DNA of 64,000 bases. Source: an uncultured Phycisphaeraceae bacterium. GTDB lineage: Bacteria > Planctomycetota > Phycisphaerae > Phycisphaerales > Phycisphaeraceae. The notes beneath the pieces were generated by a model. The model was given only the letters and a program-made list of their open reading frames with translations, did no database searches and had not been told where the DNA came from. Positions 36,556-49,660 of the stretch are shown piece by piece; the stretch's first letter is position 1, and each line of letters starts with the position of its first letter. The stretch is from the NCBI GenBank assembly GCA_964426135.1, contig CAYRPN010000018.1, positions 65 to 64,064 on the forward strand, in the 5' to 3' direction. Position numbers and translations under genes: made by a program.

Positions 36556-36652
36556 CGATGGCTCAGGGAAAACCCTGATCCAGAAGTAGTTCAACCTAGG
36601 CCCCCGGAAGCCCGCGTTGCAGGAGTTCTCCTGTAGCGCGGGTTTTATTTTT
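36556..36652 (+). ncRNA. Candidate small RNA (~95 nt): 5' hairpin, single-stranded middle, intrinsic terminator
   Basis: An upstream TTGACA (36522..36527), a 16-nt spacer and TATTCT (36544..36549) resemble a promoter. A hairpin TCAGGG-AAAA-CCCTGA sits at 36563..36578 and a terminator at 36611..36652. No convincing ORF is present (only MAQGKP*). Confidence 0.35.
36611..36652 (+). terminator. Intrinsic terminator (plus strand)
   Basis: CCCGCGTTGCAGGAG-TT-CTCCTGTAGCGCGGG (with G-U pairs) is followed by TTTTATTTTT. Confidence 0.75.
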
Positions 36653-36758
36653 CAGGCAACTGGGGCTTTCACTGGTGACTCGTTGGTGACTCGTTTGCTC
36701 TCCCCACCTTTCGGGTGGTGAATCGATCTCACTTCTGAACACCGATCATTGAGCCTGC

Positions 36759-38177
36759 TCAGTGATGCTGAAGCTTGTTCACCCCGTTGAGCGCCGCGAT
36801 CTTGTAAGCCTCCGCCAGGGTCGGGAAGTTGAAGACGTTGTTGATGAAGTAGTCGGCGGTGCCGTTGAACGCCATCACCGCCTGCCCGATGTGGACCAGT
36901 TCCGTTGCTCCGGTGCCGATCGCGTGGATGCCCAGGATGCGGCGGTCCTCCTCGTGCATCAGCAGCTTGAGCATGCCGATCTCATCGCCCAGCAGTTGCC
37001 CGCGGGCGATCTCTTTGTACTGAGCGATGCCCGCTTCGTACGGAATGCCTTCGTCGGTGAGCTGTTTCTCGGTCTTGCCCACCATGGAGATTTCCGGCAC
37101 GGAGTAGATGCCGAACGGGAAGAGCTGCGGCATCGACTTCACTTCCACGCCGAACATATGGCACACCGCCAGCCGACCCTGCTCCATCGCCGTCGACGCC
37201 AGCGCGGGGAAGCCGATCACATCGCCCGCCGCGTAGACGTGCGGCACTTCCGTCTGGTAGTGCTCGTTCACTTTCAATCGCTCGCGATCGTCGAACACCA
37301 GGCCCACGTTGTCCAGGCCCAGTTCCTTGCAAACGCCCTTGCGGCCGATGCAGTAGAGCAGCGTCTGCGCTTTCAGATGCTTGCCCGATTCCAGCGTCGC
37401 CTGCACGAGCCTGCCTTCGCCATTCGAGCTTTCGCCGTTCTGCGGATCGAGCAGTTCGATCTTCTCGACCTTCTCGCCCAGCCGCAGCGTGATGCCCTTC
37501 TGCCGCATGAAGTATTGAAACGCCTCGGCGATTTCGTGATCGAGGAAGCCCAGCACGTGGTCGCGGCCTTCCACCAGGATCACGCGCACGCCCAGCATGC
37601 TCATGATGCAGGCGTACTCGGTGCCGATGACGCCGCCGCCGACGATGATCATCGACTTGGGCAGTTTCTCCATTTTCAGCAGCGAGTCGGAGCAGAACAC
37701 GTTCTGATCGTTGAACGGGACATCCTCCGGCCGGGCGGGCCGGGTGCCCACCGCAATGACGAAGTTGTCCGCCGTGATCAGTTCCACTTCTTGCCCACGG
37801 GTGATGTGCAGCAGGTTGGGGCCTTCAAAGCGGGCGTGGCCCCAGATCAGGTCGATGTTGTTGCGGTCGAAGGCGTCGCCGATGACGCCCCATTCGTGCT
37901 GGCTGACGTTGTGGCTGACGCCGATCAGGTCGCTGACGAGAATGTGGCGCTTGATTCGGCCGTGGTGCCCGAACGCCCCGCCTCGGCCGGTGCCGGTGAA
38001 GTGAATCGCCGCCTCGCGCATCGCCTTGCTCGGCAGCGTGCCCGTGTTCACCTGCGCCCCGCCGATCACCGGCTCGCGCTCGATGATGCAAACCCGCTTG
38101 CCGAGCTTGGCGCCCTGAATGGCCGCCTTTTGCCCCGCCGGGCCCGTCCCGATAACCGCCAGATCGTAATGTCGCAT
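36759..38177 (-). CDS. sthA: Soluble pyridine nucleotide transhydrogenase (SthA-like flavoprotein disulfide-reductase fold)
   Basis: Trimmed to the ATG at 38175-38177 (MRHYDLAVIGTGPAGQ..). ..GTLPSKA.. and the C-terminal ..FNFPTLAEAYKIAALNGVNKL closely parallel E. coli SthA (..[21 protein letters not shown]). No CxxxxC redox disulfide is present (GGAQVNTGTLPSK). Confidence 0.85.
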   Translation of the reverse strand: MRHYDLAVIGTGPAGQKAAIQGAKLGKRVCIIEREPVIGGAQVNTGTLPSKAMREAAIHFTGTGRGGAFGHHGRIKRHILVSDLIGVSHNVSQHEWGVIGDAFDRNNIDLIWGHARFEGPNLLHITRGQEVELITADNFVIAVGTRPARPEDVPFNDQNVFCSDSLLKMEKLPKSMIIVGGGVIGTEYACIMSMLGVRVILVEGRDHVLGFLDHEIAEAFQYFMRQKGITLRLGEKVEKIELLDPQNGESSNGEGRLVQATLESGKHLKAQTLLYCIGRKGVCKELGLDNVGLVFDDRERLKVNEHYQTEVPHVYAAGDVIGFPALASTAMEQGRLAVCHMFGVEVKSMPQLFPFGIYSVPEISMVGKTEKQLTDEGIPYEAGIAQYKEIARGQLLGDEIGMLKLLMHEEDRRILGIHAIGTGATELVHIGQAVMAFNGTADYFINNVFNFPTLAEAYKIAALNGVNKLQHH

Positions 38178-38395
38178 GGGCGCACCCTCGTCTTGGTAAG
38201 TCCCCGTCTGACTGTATCGTCGCAATGGTCTGTACGGATTAGGCAACATGGGAGGTCAGTCGATCCTTCTGGCCCCGGGACGGTGCCTTCTTCAGGACGG
38301 GTGTCGGCACAAGTCAGTCGCACAGCGCGATTGTCACAGCGTTTCGACCTTAAGGATCGTGACCGAAATAACCTCCCGACTTGGCCGTTTCCGAT

Positions 38396-38508
38396 TCCCC
38401 TCCCTCCTAGGGAGGGGTTAGGGGAGGGTCGGGCGCACTGCATGATTGTGCATGAAATCAGGCTGTTTGCCCGACCCTCCCCCTGCCCCTCCCTAAAAGG
38501 GAGGGGAG
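38396..38508. repeat. REP-F palindromic element, copy 2 (inverted relative to 1081..1193)
   Basis: The reverse complement matches copy 1 except for the central ~25 nt. Confidence 0.8.
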
Positions 38509-38634
38509 TCCGAACCTTGCGAATCGGGAAGTTGTTTCGCTCCGATTCCTAAGCAATGACGGCATGAATGAGACAGGCCCCGGTCGCACGAACCGGGGCC
38601 TGTTCACTCTTGGTCTGTCTCCTCGGCGTGCAGG

Positions 38635-40059
38635 TTACGCCACGCGATGGCGGCGACGGCGACCCGCCAGCAGGCCGGCGACGATCGCGCCGAGGCTCGC
38701 CGTGGCGGGCTCGGGGATGGTCGTCAACTCCAGCAGGCGGTCGTTGCCGCTGCTGGGGTGCTGGATGTTCACGTAGGCGACATTCGGGTCGAACGGGCTG
38801 AAGTACAGACCCGTCAATTCCGAACCCAAGGTCCCGTTGCTGGCCCAGCGGCCGATGGACTCGGCGACGCCGTCGTTGTTCGTGTCGAACACGAACCAGA
38901 TGTCGTTCTCCACGCCGCCGTTGGTGTCTTCAATGACGTAGAGGTTGCCGTCGGCGTCGAGCGCCAGGTTGTCCGGGTTGTTGAACGCGCTGCCGACCGC
39001 CAGTCCGGTGGCGGCGTTGATCGTGCCGGTGCTCAGGAAGCGGTTGATGTTGCCGGTGGTCAGGTTCATCTGCCACACGTCGTCGGTGGTCGTCGCGGTG
39101 AAGTAGAGCACTTCATCGCCGTTGGCCAGGCGCTTGATCTGCATGTCCTCGGGGCGTTGGTAGTCGGTGCCGACGAACGCGGCGAGGTTGGCCGTGGCGC
39201 GGGCATCGACGGAGGAAATGCCGTTGGGATCGGTGATGGTCACCGCGCCGGGCAGGCCGGCGCCGGTCGTGTCGGTGAAGGGAATCCAGGTGAACGCGCC
39301 CTGCGCGTTGGCCGCGTTCGCGCCCAGGCCGTCGCCGACGCGGAGGACCGAGGTCTGGCCCGCGTCGAAGAACGTGGGGACGCCGGGGGTCTGCGAGGTG
39401 TACTTGTAGATGTTGCCGCCGTTGAGTTCATCGATGAAGTACATGTTGCCGGCAGCGTCAAACTGAATGCCTTCATGCGACGTGCGCGGAATCACGTTGC
39501 GGTGCAGCGTGTTCGCTTGCGCGACAGCCGGGGCCGCCAGCGGCGTGGTCAGTTCGAACAGCCGGCCGAAGGGAGAGGCGTTGTTGTTCGGAACGCTGTT
39601 CCAGCTTTCCTCAGCCGTGATGAACGTGCCCCACGGCGTCCAGTAGGAGGCGTCGAACGCGACGTGGCTGTTGATCGCCGGCGCCGTGCCGGGGCTTTGG
39701 AAGATCGTCTGCGTCACGCCGGTTTGCAGATCGGTGCGCTGGATGCCGGACGAGCCCGTCTCGAACACGGTGAACAGGAACCGACCCGCCTGCGGGCCGG
39801 TCTCGTTCAACGTGATCATGTCCCAGTTGCCGCTGTTGGGCTGGCCGGCCGCCAGTTGCTCGTTGCGGCTGGCGATGGACCGCTGCGCGAAGTTGCCCGC
39901 CGAGAGCGTCAGCGGAGTCGCTTCGTTGCTGGTCGGGCCGGCCGACGCCGGCAGCGGCGTGAAGTTGTCGAACTGGGTTGCGTTGATCGCCAGAGCGGGC
40001 GACACACAGGCGGGCACACAAAGTCCCACCAAAGCCAACAGATTGCGTCTCTTCAACAT
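38635..40059 (-). CDS. PhoX/DUF839-like beta-propeller protein with PEP-CTERM anchor
   Basis: Trimmed to the ATG at 40057-40059, preceded by GAGGAGG. Signal peptide present. ..TPWGTFITAEE.. resembles the PhoX/DUF839 core. The C-terminal IPEPATASLGAIVAGLLAGRRRR is a PEP-CTERM signal. Confidence 0.6.
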   Translation of the reverse strand: MLKRRNLLALVGLCVPACVSPALAINATQFDNFTPLPASAGPTSNEATPLTLSAGNFAQRSIASRNEQLAAGQPNSGNWDMITLNETGPQAGRFLFTVFETGSSGIQRTDLQTGVTQTIFQSPGTAPAINSHVAFDASYWTPWGTFITAEESWNSVPNNNASPFGRLFELTTPLAAPAVAQANTLHRNVIPRTSHEGIQFDAAGNMYFIDELNGGNIYKYTSQTPGVPTFFDAGQTSVLRVGDGLGANAANAQGAFTWIPFTDTTGAGLPGAVTITDPNGISSVDARATANLAAFVGTDYQRPEDMQIKRLANGDEVLYFTATTTDDVWQMNLTTGNINRFLSTGTINAATGLAVGSAFNNPDNLALDADGNLYVIEDTNGGVENDIWFVFDTNNDGVAESIGRWASNGTLGSELTGLYFSPFDPNVAYVNIQHPSSGNDRLLELTTIPEPATASLGAIVAGLLAGRRRRHRVA

Positions 40060-40446
40060 GATCAAACCTCCTCAAACAGGGTGAAAGAAATTGCCCTTGA
40101 CACGTTTCCCACCGCACTCGTCACTGAGTCCGATCAAAGGGAATTGGGCGAGCGGGGATTAGAACGAGGCTGCGTGAGCGGCGCGCTTCGCCTTGGTGAT
40201 AACCGCGTGTCCAAAGGGTCAGGATTCGATTGGCGCCCGGCCGGGGAGGAAGACCCGCAGCACGTTTTTTGATGGAAAGACAGCCGCTGGTGCGGACAGG
40301 TGGCCGTGGGGGATCTGCTGCGCGGAGAGTTGAAAGGTGACGGCCGGGTCAAGCACGCGATCGCACCAGACGTGCCCGCGATCGGCGATGATGGGTTCGA
40401 GGTTGTCGCCGGCGAGCAGGGTGTGCCCAATTTTCCGGGGGCTTGG

Positions 40447-40581
40447 TCCCCTCTCCCCCAGTCTGCTGGGGGAGAGGGTTAGGGTGAGGGGGACGGTGAA
40501 CCTTGGGCGTCCATTTGTCGCTCGACATCGCAAACCCCCTCACCCCAACCCTCTCCCCCGCAGAGCCGGGGGCGAGGGGGC
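40447..40581. repeat. REP-F-like palindromic element
   Basis: CCCCTCTCCCCCAG..CTGGGGGAGAGGG..AGGGTGAGGGGG ... CCCCCTCACCCC..CCCTCTCCCCCG. Confidence 0.75.
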
Positions 40582-40785
40582 CGATCCACCGTCCCCGGAA
40601 AATTTGGCAGACCCGGCGAGCACCGAGCCGAGGTTGCGCTTGATTCGCCGCACCGCGGCGCGGATACTGGCCATCCGTGGCCGCTTGGATTGAGGCTGTC
40701 GTGAAAAACAACATCATCACAGGAGGCTGCCCCACGTCATGACCGACTCGCGATCGGCGCCGCACATTGAACCAGGATCGTTCCC

Positions 40786-41298
40786 ATGCTTACATTCCGC
40801 CAATCCTCCCGTACGGTCAACACTTTCTGGGTCTGTGTTGCCTTGCTCGGCACCGGCCTCCTGGGGGTCGCCTTGCCGGCCTGGTCACAGCCGCGCGGCG
40901 TGAAGGATGGCGAAGTGATCGAGGAAGCGCCAGCCGTCGCCCCCAATCTCTATCGGGCGACCGCCGTCAAACAAGACGGCGAAGTGGTGATTCGCATCAG
41001 CGCCCGAGAAACCCGACTCAAGAAGAGAGAACCCGGCAACAAGGAATCCAAAGACTGGATTGACTGCTGGACCGAGATGGATCCACTCATCTTCGGCCAG
41101 CAGATTCGAGCATACAAACCGTCGGGCGAAAGTATCAAAGAAGCGGCGCTCCTAGAGGCTCTGGCAAAACCGGTCGCGGTTGTGTGTTTCCAGCGGGCCC
41201 ACATCAGCGATCCAGAAAAGCCCGATTCGTTTTACATGGGACTGTTTCGCGACGATGTTGTGATCCTTGTCTTTGAGGCAAAATACTGGCTTCGATAG
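40786..41298 (+). CDS. Hypothetical secreted protein
   Basis: ATG start and a signal-like N-terminus (..FWVCVALLGTGLLGVALPAWSQ). Local GC is lower than the surroundings. No family recognised. Confidence 0.5.
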   Translation: MLTFRQSSRTVNTFWVCVALLGTGLLGVALPAWSQPRGVKDGEVIEEAPAVAPNLYRATAVKQDGEVVIRISARETRLKKREPGNKESKDWIDCWTEMDPLIFGQQIRAYKPSGESIKEAALLEALAKPVAVVCFQRAHISDPEKPDSFYMGLFRDDVVILVFEAKYWLR

Positions 41299-41413
41299 GC
41301 CAAGCGAAATGGCATTGGGGATAAGCACAGAATGCCAACGGAAACCGGGGAGAACCAATGGACTCATCCGCTTTTCTGCTTCCGTTTCCTTCTCCGACGA
41401 CCTCTTTCCTCAA

Positions 41414-42430
41414 ATGAACATCTCTCCCGTCACCCAAACCATCGGCAACGTATGCGTTGTTCTCGCCGCGATCGTATTCCTGTTCCGGCTGCAACGTCTG
41501 CTGTGGGACTACGCGAGCCAGTACTTGAGCGACAATCGCTGGGCGAGGCCTGTTCTCTTCGCTTTGGTTCCGATGTGGCTGCTGCTCATGGGCGGAATGC
41601 TCTGCATGACCGCCGGCGGCGGATTTGACTCAATGGGCCTGGGCCGGCCTGTGCTCTATGCGCTCACCGTCGCTGCGAGCGTCGCGCTGGCGGCCGTTAC
41701 CTTCGTGTTCATCGCCCTGTACATTCGGCCGGGATTCACGCCGCGCGCCATCTATGCCCCGGTGATCTATCTCGTTCCCCTGGCCACCGGGTTGCTGGCG
41801 GTGCTGACCCTCAACCAAAAATACGTACCGGGGCTTCCCATTCAATGGTTGCGTTGGCCGTGGACCCTTTTTGCCGCCTTGAGCCTCGTCGCGTGCGGGC
41901 TGTTCTTTGGACGGCGTCTGGCCAACATGGGTTCTCGCGGCCTGGCTGACTTTGCGCGCCGAATCGTGGACGCCCGAAATGCGGCTCCGGAGCACCTCGC
42001 CCGAATCGCCGCGCTCGATCCGCAACGCGACTTCGCGGAACTGCTGGATCTCGCCCGACCCGTTCGAAGCCGGGCTGTGCGGAACGCCGCCATGGTCCGC
42101 CTCCGCACGAATCCCGCCTTCGCTGAAACACTCGCTGCCGAGCTCGAATCGCCAAGCCCGTCCACCGCGCTGGAGATTGTGCTTGGCGCCGCGTTTTCGC
42201 CGCAAGAGCAGAAGCGTCTGGCACTTGCGGCCCGTACCGCGCTGGAGCGATTCATCGCCGAGATTCCTGCGCCCAACGACATGCCTCGCGCCCGCCAGAA
42301 ACAATTATTGAAGTGGGGACGCAAGACATTCCCGGCCATCATCGGGAAGTTCTCCGCCGCAGACGTTGATTTCTCCAAGGTGATGCCCACGTTTGAGGCC
42401 GCGCTGCACCCCGACGACACCCGCCGATGA
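41414..42430 (+). CDS. Hypothetical polytopic membrane protein with soluble helical C-terminal domain
   Basis: Trimmed to the ATG at 41414 (MNISPVTQTIGNVCVVLAAIVFLF..). It has 5-6 hydrophobic helices followed by an alpha-helical repeat-like tail. No family recognised. Confidence 0.5.
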   Translation: MNISPVTQTIGNVCVVLAAIVFLFRLQRLLWDYASQYLSDNRWARPVLFALVPMWLLLMGGMLCMTAGGGFDSMGLGRPVLYALTVAASVALAAVTFVFIALYIRPGFTPRAIYAPVIYLVPLATGLLAVLTLNQKYVPGLPIQWLRWPWTLFAALSLVACGLFFGRRLANMGSRGLADFARRIVDARNAAPEHLARIAALDPQRDFAELLDLARPVRSRAVRNAAMVRLRTNPAFAETLAAELESPSPSTALEIVLGAAFSPQEQKRLALAARTALERFIAEIPAPNDMPRARQKQLLKWGRKTFPAIIGKFSAADVDFSKVMPTFEAALHPDDTRR

Positions 42431-42529
42431 ACCGGGAAGACCAAAGAAGCCGAAAAGGGGAAGCCGGAAGACGAAGACGAAAAGGGGACATTCTTGAACG
42501 CCATTCGGTTATCTGGGTAGCTGATTGAC

Positions 42530-43207
42530 TCAAGTCCGGTCGACGGGTGTTGGTTTGGAGACGTAGAGGGCTTTCACTGCTGGGGGCCGCGTGGTCACGG
42601 CTTGTTGCATGAGCCGGTAGAAGAGCTTGCCTCGATGCTGCGAGAGGCGGCGATTGAAACGGAAAGAGAACTCGTCCAGGTACGCTTGGAGATGACCGGG
42701 TGTGACCGCTCCTTGATGGGTTCCGCCCAGCCAGCGTTTGAGCAGGGAGATCACCAGATGGACATGGTCGAGTTGCTCACGCGCCGCCGCGACGCCGGTG
42801 GTCTGGACATGCGGATGATGATCGAACCCCGCCGCTTGGAGGTGATCGTCGACCGACAGGCCATCGGTCACCACCTGGGCTCCGGGTTCGACACAATCCC
42901 CAACGAATGATTCGGCGCCAGCCCGGTCGATGGTCTTGACGCAGCGAAAACGAACCCGCCCCAGCCTCTTCTTGGCATCCCCTTCCACCGCCACAAGAAC
43001 CAAGGTCTTGCCCTCTGCTCCACGCCCCCGAGTTCCTTCCTGTTGCCCACCTACATAGGTTTCGTCCACTTCCACTCGCCCGGCCAGACGGTCGCGGCCG
43101 GGGCGGACCATGACGCTGCGGAGTTTCCGCAGCCAACCCCAGGCGGTCTGGTAGCTGCCAAAGCCGTAGGTGTCGCACAGGTTCTTGGCGCTCAGTCCCG
43201 TCTTCTG
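42530..43207 (-). pseudogene. IS1595-family (ISXO2-like DDE) transposase, 5'-truncated
   Basis: ..QKTGLSAKNLCDTYGFGSYQTAWGWLRKLRSVM..VEVDETYVGG..TLVLVAVE.. matches the central and C-terminal IS1595 transposase. The N-terminal Zn-ribbon region is absent. The reading frame continues upstream of the tracked ATG to ~43207, where 27-bp direct repeats begin. Confidence 0.7.
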
Positions 43208-43305
43208 AACCCGCTTACTTCGTGCGCGGCTCCTTTCGTAAGCCGATCAAGTTGCGGCGGTGCGTCGATCAATTTGCCGAACCCGCTTACTTCGTGCGCG
43301 GCTCC
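43207..43305. repeat. Two 27-bp direct repeats (GAACCCGCTTACTTCGTGCGCGGCTCC) 72 bp apart
   Basis: Copies at 43207..43233 and 43279..43305. A related CCCGCTTACTTCG lies at 44399..44411. Confidence 0.8.
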
Positions 43306-43340
43306 CTTCGCGGCCCACGCGGCTGCACCGCCGTGAGCCT

Positions 43341-44345
43341 TCACTTCGCCGTGATCGACAGCTTGTCGAAGCAGGCCTCGAACTCACCGGTGCCGACGCA
43401 GGTGGCCGACACGTGCGTGGCGGCCGGGTACGTGCCCAGTTCCGACTCCACGCTTTGCTCGGCCCAGTCGCCTTCGGTCACGTCAGTGCCGAAGGTGGAA
43501 CCGAGCCAGGTGTCGCCTTCGAAATAATCGATCTTGATCTGGGCCGTGCCCGACTTGGCGCGGACGGAACCGGTGAGCGTGTAGGTCTTGGTCTTGTCGA
43601 CCTTGATTTTCTCCAGCGTCGCCACAGCCCAGTCGGCGTTGCCCTTCAGGTGCAGGCAGGCTTTGCCGTCCTTCGGTTTGTCCTCGCTGATTTTCGCGTC
43701 GACCTTGCCGCCCTCGGCTGCGCCGGTCCAGAGCTGCGCGGGCTTGTCGCCGATGCGGTTTTCGAAGCTGCCGTTGGTCAGCAGATTGCCGCCGGCCGCC
43801 GGTGCTTCCAGCGCGATCAGTTCCAGGTCATCGAACCACGCGCTGCCTTTGCCGGCCAGCGCCGCTGCCACGCTCACGAATGTCGCCTTGGGAAAATCGC
43901 CAGCGCGGTCGGTCAGCGACACGGCGATCCACTTGCCGGCCGTGTCCCCCGCATCGCCCGGGGTGGTGGAGCCGACGTAGTTGTGCCCCTCGTCGAAGTA
44001 ATCGAACTTGATGGTGGCCTTGACGCCTTGCCCCTCCGCTTTGACGTAACCGCGAAGCAGATGCGATTTCTTGCGATTGATCTCCAGCCTCTGCACGGCG
44101 ACCACGCCCCAGTCGCCCTCACCCTTGATCGCCAGCGAACGCTTGCCGGTGCGGCCGTGCTCACCGATCCACGCCTTGAAACCCTCGGCGGGCTTGGCGT
44201 TCATCGTGAGCCCGTCAGGCAGCGCGCCGGCCTCGTACTCCTCGAACGACGGCTTGGCGAGCAGGTTCTTTTCCTCCGCCGGCGCAGCGGCAGAAAGGAT
44301 GAAAGTCAAAGCCATTGCGATCACATTTCGCGTGAACGTGAACAT
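43341..44345 (-). CDS. Secreted protein with two carbohydrate-binding-module (CBM4/9-like) domains
   Basis: Trimmed to the ATG at 44343-44345, preceded by AGGAGGG. Signal peptide present. There are two ~150-aa repeats, each opening with NLL..(P/G)SFE. Confidence 0.55.
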   Translation of the reverse strand: MFTFTRNVIAMALTFILSAAAPAEEKNLLAKPSFEEYEAGALPDGLTMNAKPAEGFKAWIGEHGRTGKRSLAIKGEGDWGVVAVQRLEINRKKSHLLRGYVKAEGQGVKATIKFDYFDEGHNYVGSTTPGDAGDTAGKWIAVSLTDRAGDFPKATFVSVAAALAGKGSAWFDDLELIALEAPAAGGNLLTNGSFENRIGDKPAQLWTGAAEGGKVDAKISEDKPKDGKACLHLKGNADWAVATLEKIKVDKTKTYTLTGSVRAKSGTAQIKIDYFEGDTWLGSTFGTDVTEGDWAEQSVESELGTYPAATHVSATCVGTGEFEACFDKLSITAK

Positions 44346-44431
44346 GAGAACCCTCCTGGGATGCGGTGAATTGTGGAAGTGTACCTCGGACAGGTCATCC
44401 CGCTTACTTCGAGCCTGCGAACCTCTTGCGG

Positions 44432-44591
44432 GGGTGTAGTCCACTTTTCCGGCGACTGCCTGCAAGTGTGGCATGGGTAAGCGCAGGCTCGGCGGAGCTT
44501 ACCCGTGCGCCTTGCGTCACCTTGGCAAGGGTAAGCTCCGAAGACTCCGCTTACCCATGGCACCCAGCATCGCCGGAATGATGGACTACAC
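44432..44591. mobile_element. MITE-like nested foldback (~160 bp) flanked by a 9-10-bp direct repeat
   Basis: Terminal inverted repeats GTGTAGTCCA (44434..44443) and TGGACTACAC (44582..44591). Inner stems are CATGGGTAAGCG/CGCTTACCCATG and GGAGCTTACCC/GGGTAAGCTCC. It is flanked by CCTCTTGCGG at 44422..44431 and 44591..44600. Confidence 0.5.
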
Positions 44592-44834
44592 CTCTTGCGG
44601 AGTGGCCGGGGCAGGAGGCTCTGCGGATGCCCCGGAACCCGTTCACCTTGCGCGCTAGTTGCGGAACTGGCGAGCGTCCTCGCGCCCGTTCCGGGGCTTC
44701 CGCGGACTTCAGCCCCGGCCACCCGACCACCGGCCGCTCGGCCCCTCCGCCACCCGGTCGCGGACCCAGACAAGCGGGGTGTCCGCGCGGGGCAAGGCCC
44801 CACGGCTAAACGGTGGAGGCGGGCGGGTTCGGGT

Positions 44835-48784
<3,950 letters not shown>

Positions 48785-48788
<4 letters not shown>

Positions 48789-49609
48789 GGCATCCTCCCC
48801 ATGAAGGCGTGGACGATGATGACGTGGGCCGCCACGCAGGTGAGCAGGCTGTAGGTCACGGCGATGTGGACGAACAGCCAGCCCTTGAGCGTCTTCTGCA
48901 AGGCGCGCTGGTAATCCAGTTCATCCTTGACGTAGACGAGCTGCGCCAGTTGGCCGGCCAGTTCCTTTTCGCGGTCGTTCAGATAGCGGTCCAGGTCGCC
49001 GAATTCCGTCTCGTAATTGTGCCGCGGGCGCTTGGATTCGACGATGTGGAACCAGTAGTTGCGGAAGCCCGCGAAGTACTGGTTCAGCCGGCTGCGGTAG
49101 TAGTCGGCGATGGTGGTGGTGCCCGTCTCGGCGACGGACTCGACGACGAGCTTTTCGGCGGCCTCGTGCAGGTTCCGGCGATAAATCGGCATGCGCTCGA
49201 ACATCAGCTCCTCAGCGCACACCGCCAGCCGGCGCGGGAACGACCGGGTGATGAAGATGCCCACCAGGCCGCTGCCGACGACGAGGATGAACAGCACGGT
49301 GATGAGCGTTTCCAGTCCGCCGTTGGGCACCCGGAAGCCGGCATGGGCGCCGAACATGGGAATGGTGAGCAGGCCCAGGTACAGGTGAATCTGAAGCCAG
49401 GTGGAGGATCGCAGGATCGGGAGAAAGGAGAGCTTCTTCCTCAGGTTGTAGGCGGTGAGCACCAGCATGACCGTCAGCAGGCTCCATCCCGTGAAGAACG
49501 CGGTGCGGTTGAGCGACTGGGCCCTGGCCCAATAAAACACCACCACCACCAGTGCGGCAAGCACGGTGAGCAGAATGGCGACTCGGCGACGTTCGGCGAA
49601 GGTACGCAT
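48785..49609 (-). CDS. Five-TM membrane protein with paired His-14-His motifs (candidate dihaem b-type cytochrome)
   Basis: ATG at 49607-49609 (the tracked start is a TTG one codon upstream). TM3 is ..[17 protein letters not shown].. and TM5 is ..[21 protein letters not shown]... In each helix, two His are exactly 14 residues apart. Confidence 0.6.
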
Positions 49610-49660
49610 CAATGATCCTGCAATGCCAATCTGACAAATCGGGCTTTGTGTTCTGATTGA

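Noticed and set aside
36559-36579. A mini-ORF, ATG GCT CAG GGA AAA CCC TGA (MAQGKP), read as a leader peptide.
   Set aside because: It has no SD sequence. It coincides with the stem of the TCAGGG-AAAA-CCCTGA hairpin, and there is no downstream gene in the same orientation for it to regulate. It is more economically explained as part of a non-coding RNA.
36759-38177. The absence of the CxxxxC redox-active disulfide in the flavoprotein, read as a sign of a pseudogene or novel chemistry.
   Set aside because: SthA-type soluble transhydrogenases naturally lack the disulfide pair, and the rest of the protein is full length and closely SthA-like, so this is expected.
40134-40765. ORFs 40134..40430(-), 40219..40533(-), 40337..40693(+) and 40349..40765(-) in the PhoX-like / hypothetical spacer.
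   Set aside because: They overlap one another and a REP-F-like palindrome. They have no recognisable domains, and their sequence is dominated by repeat-derived text (..LTLTLSPSRLGERGP..).
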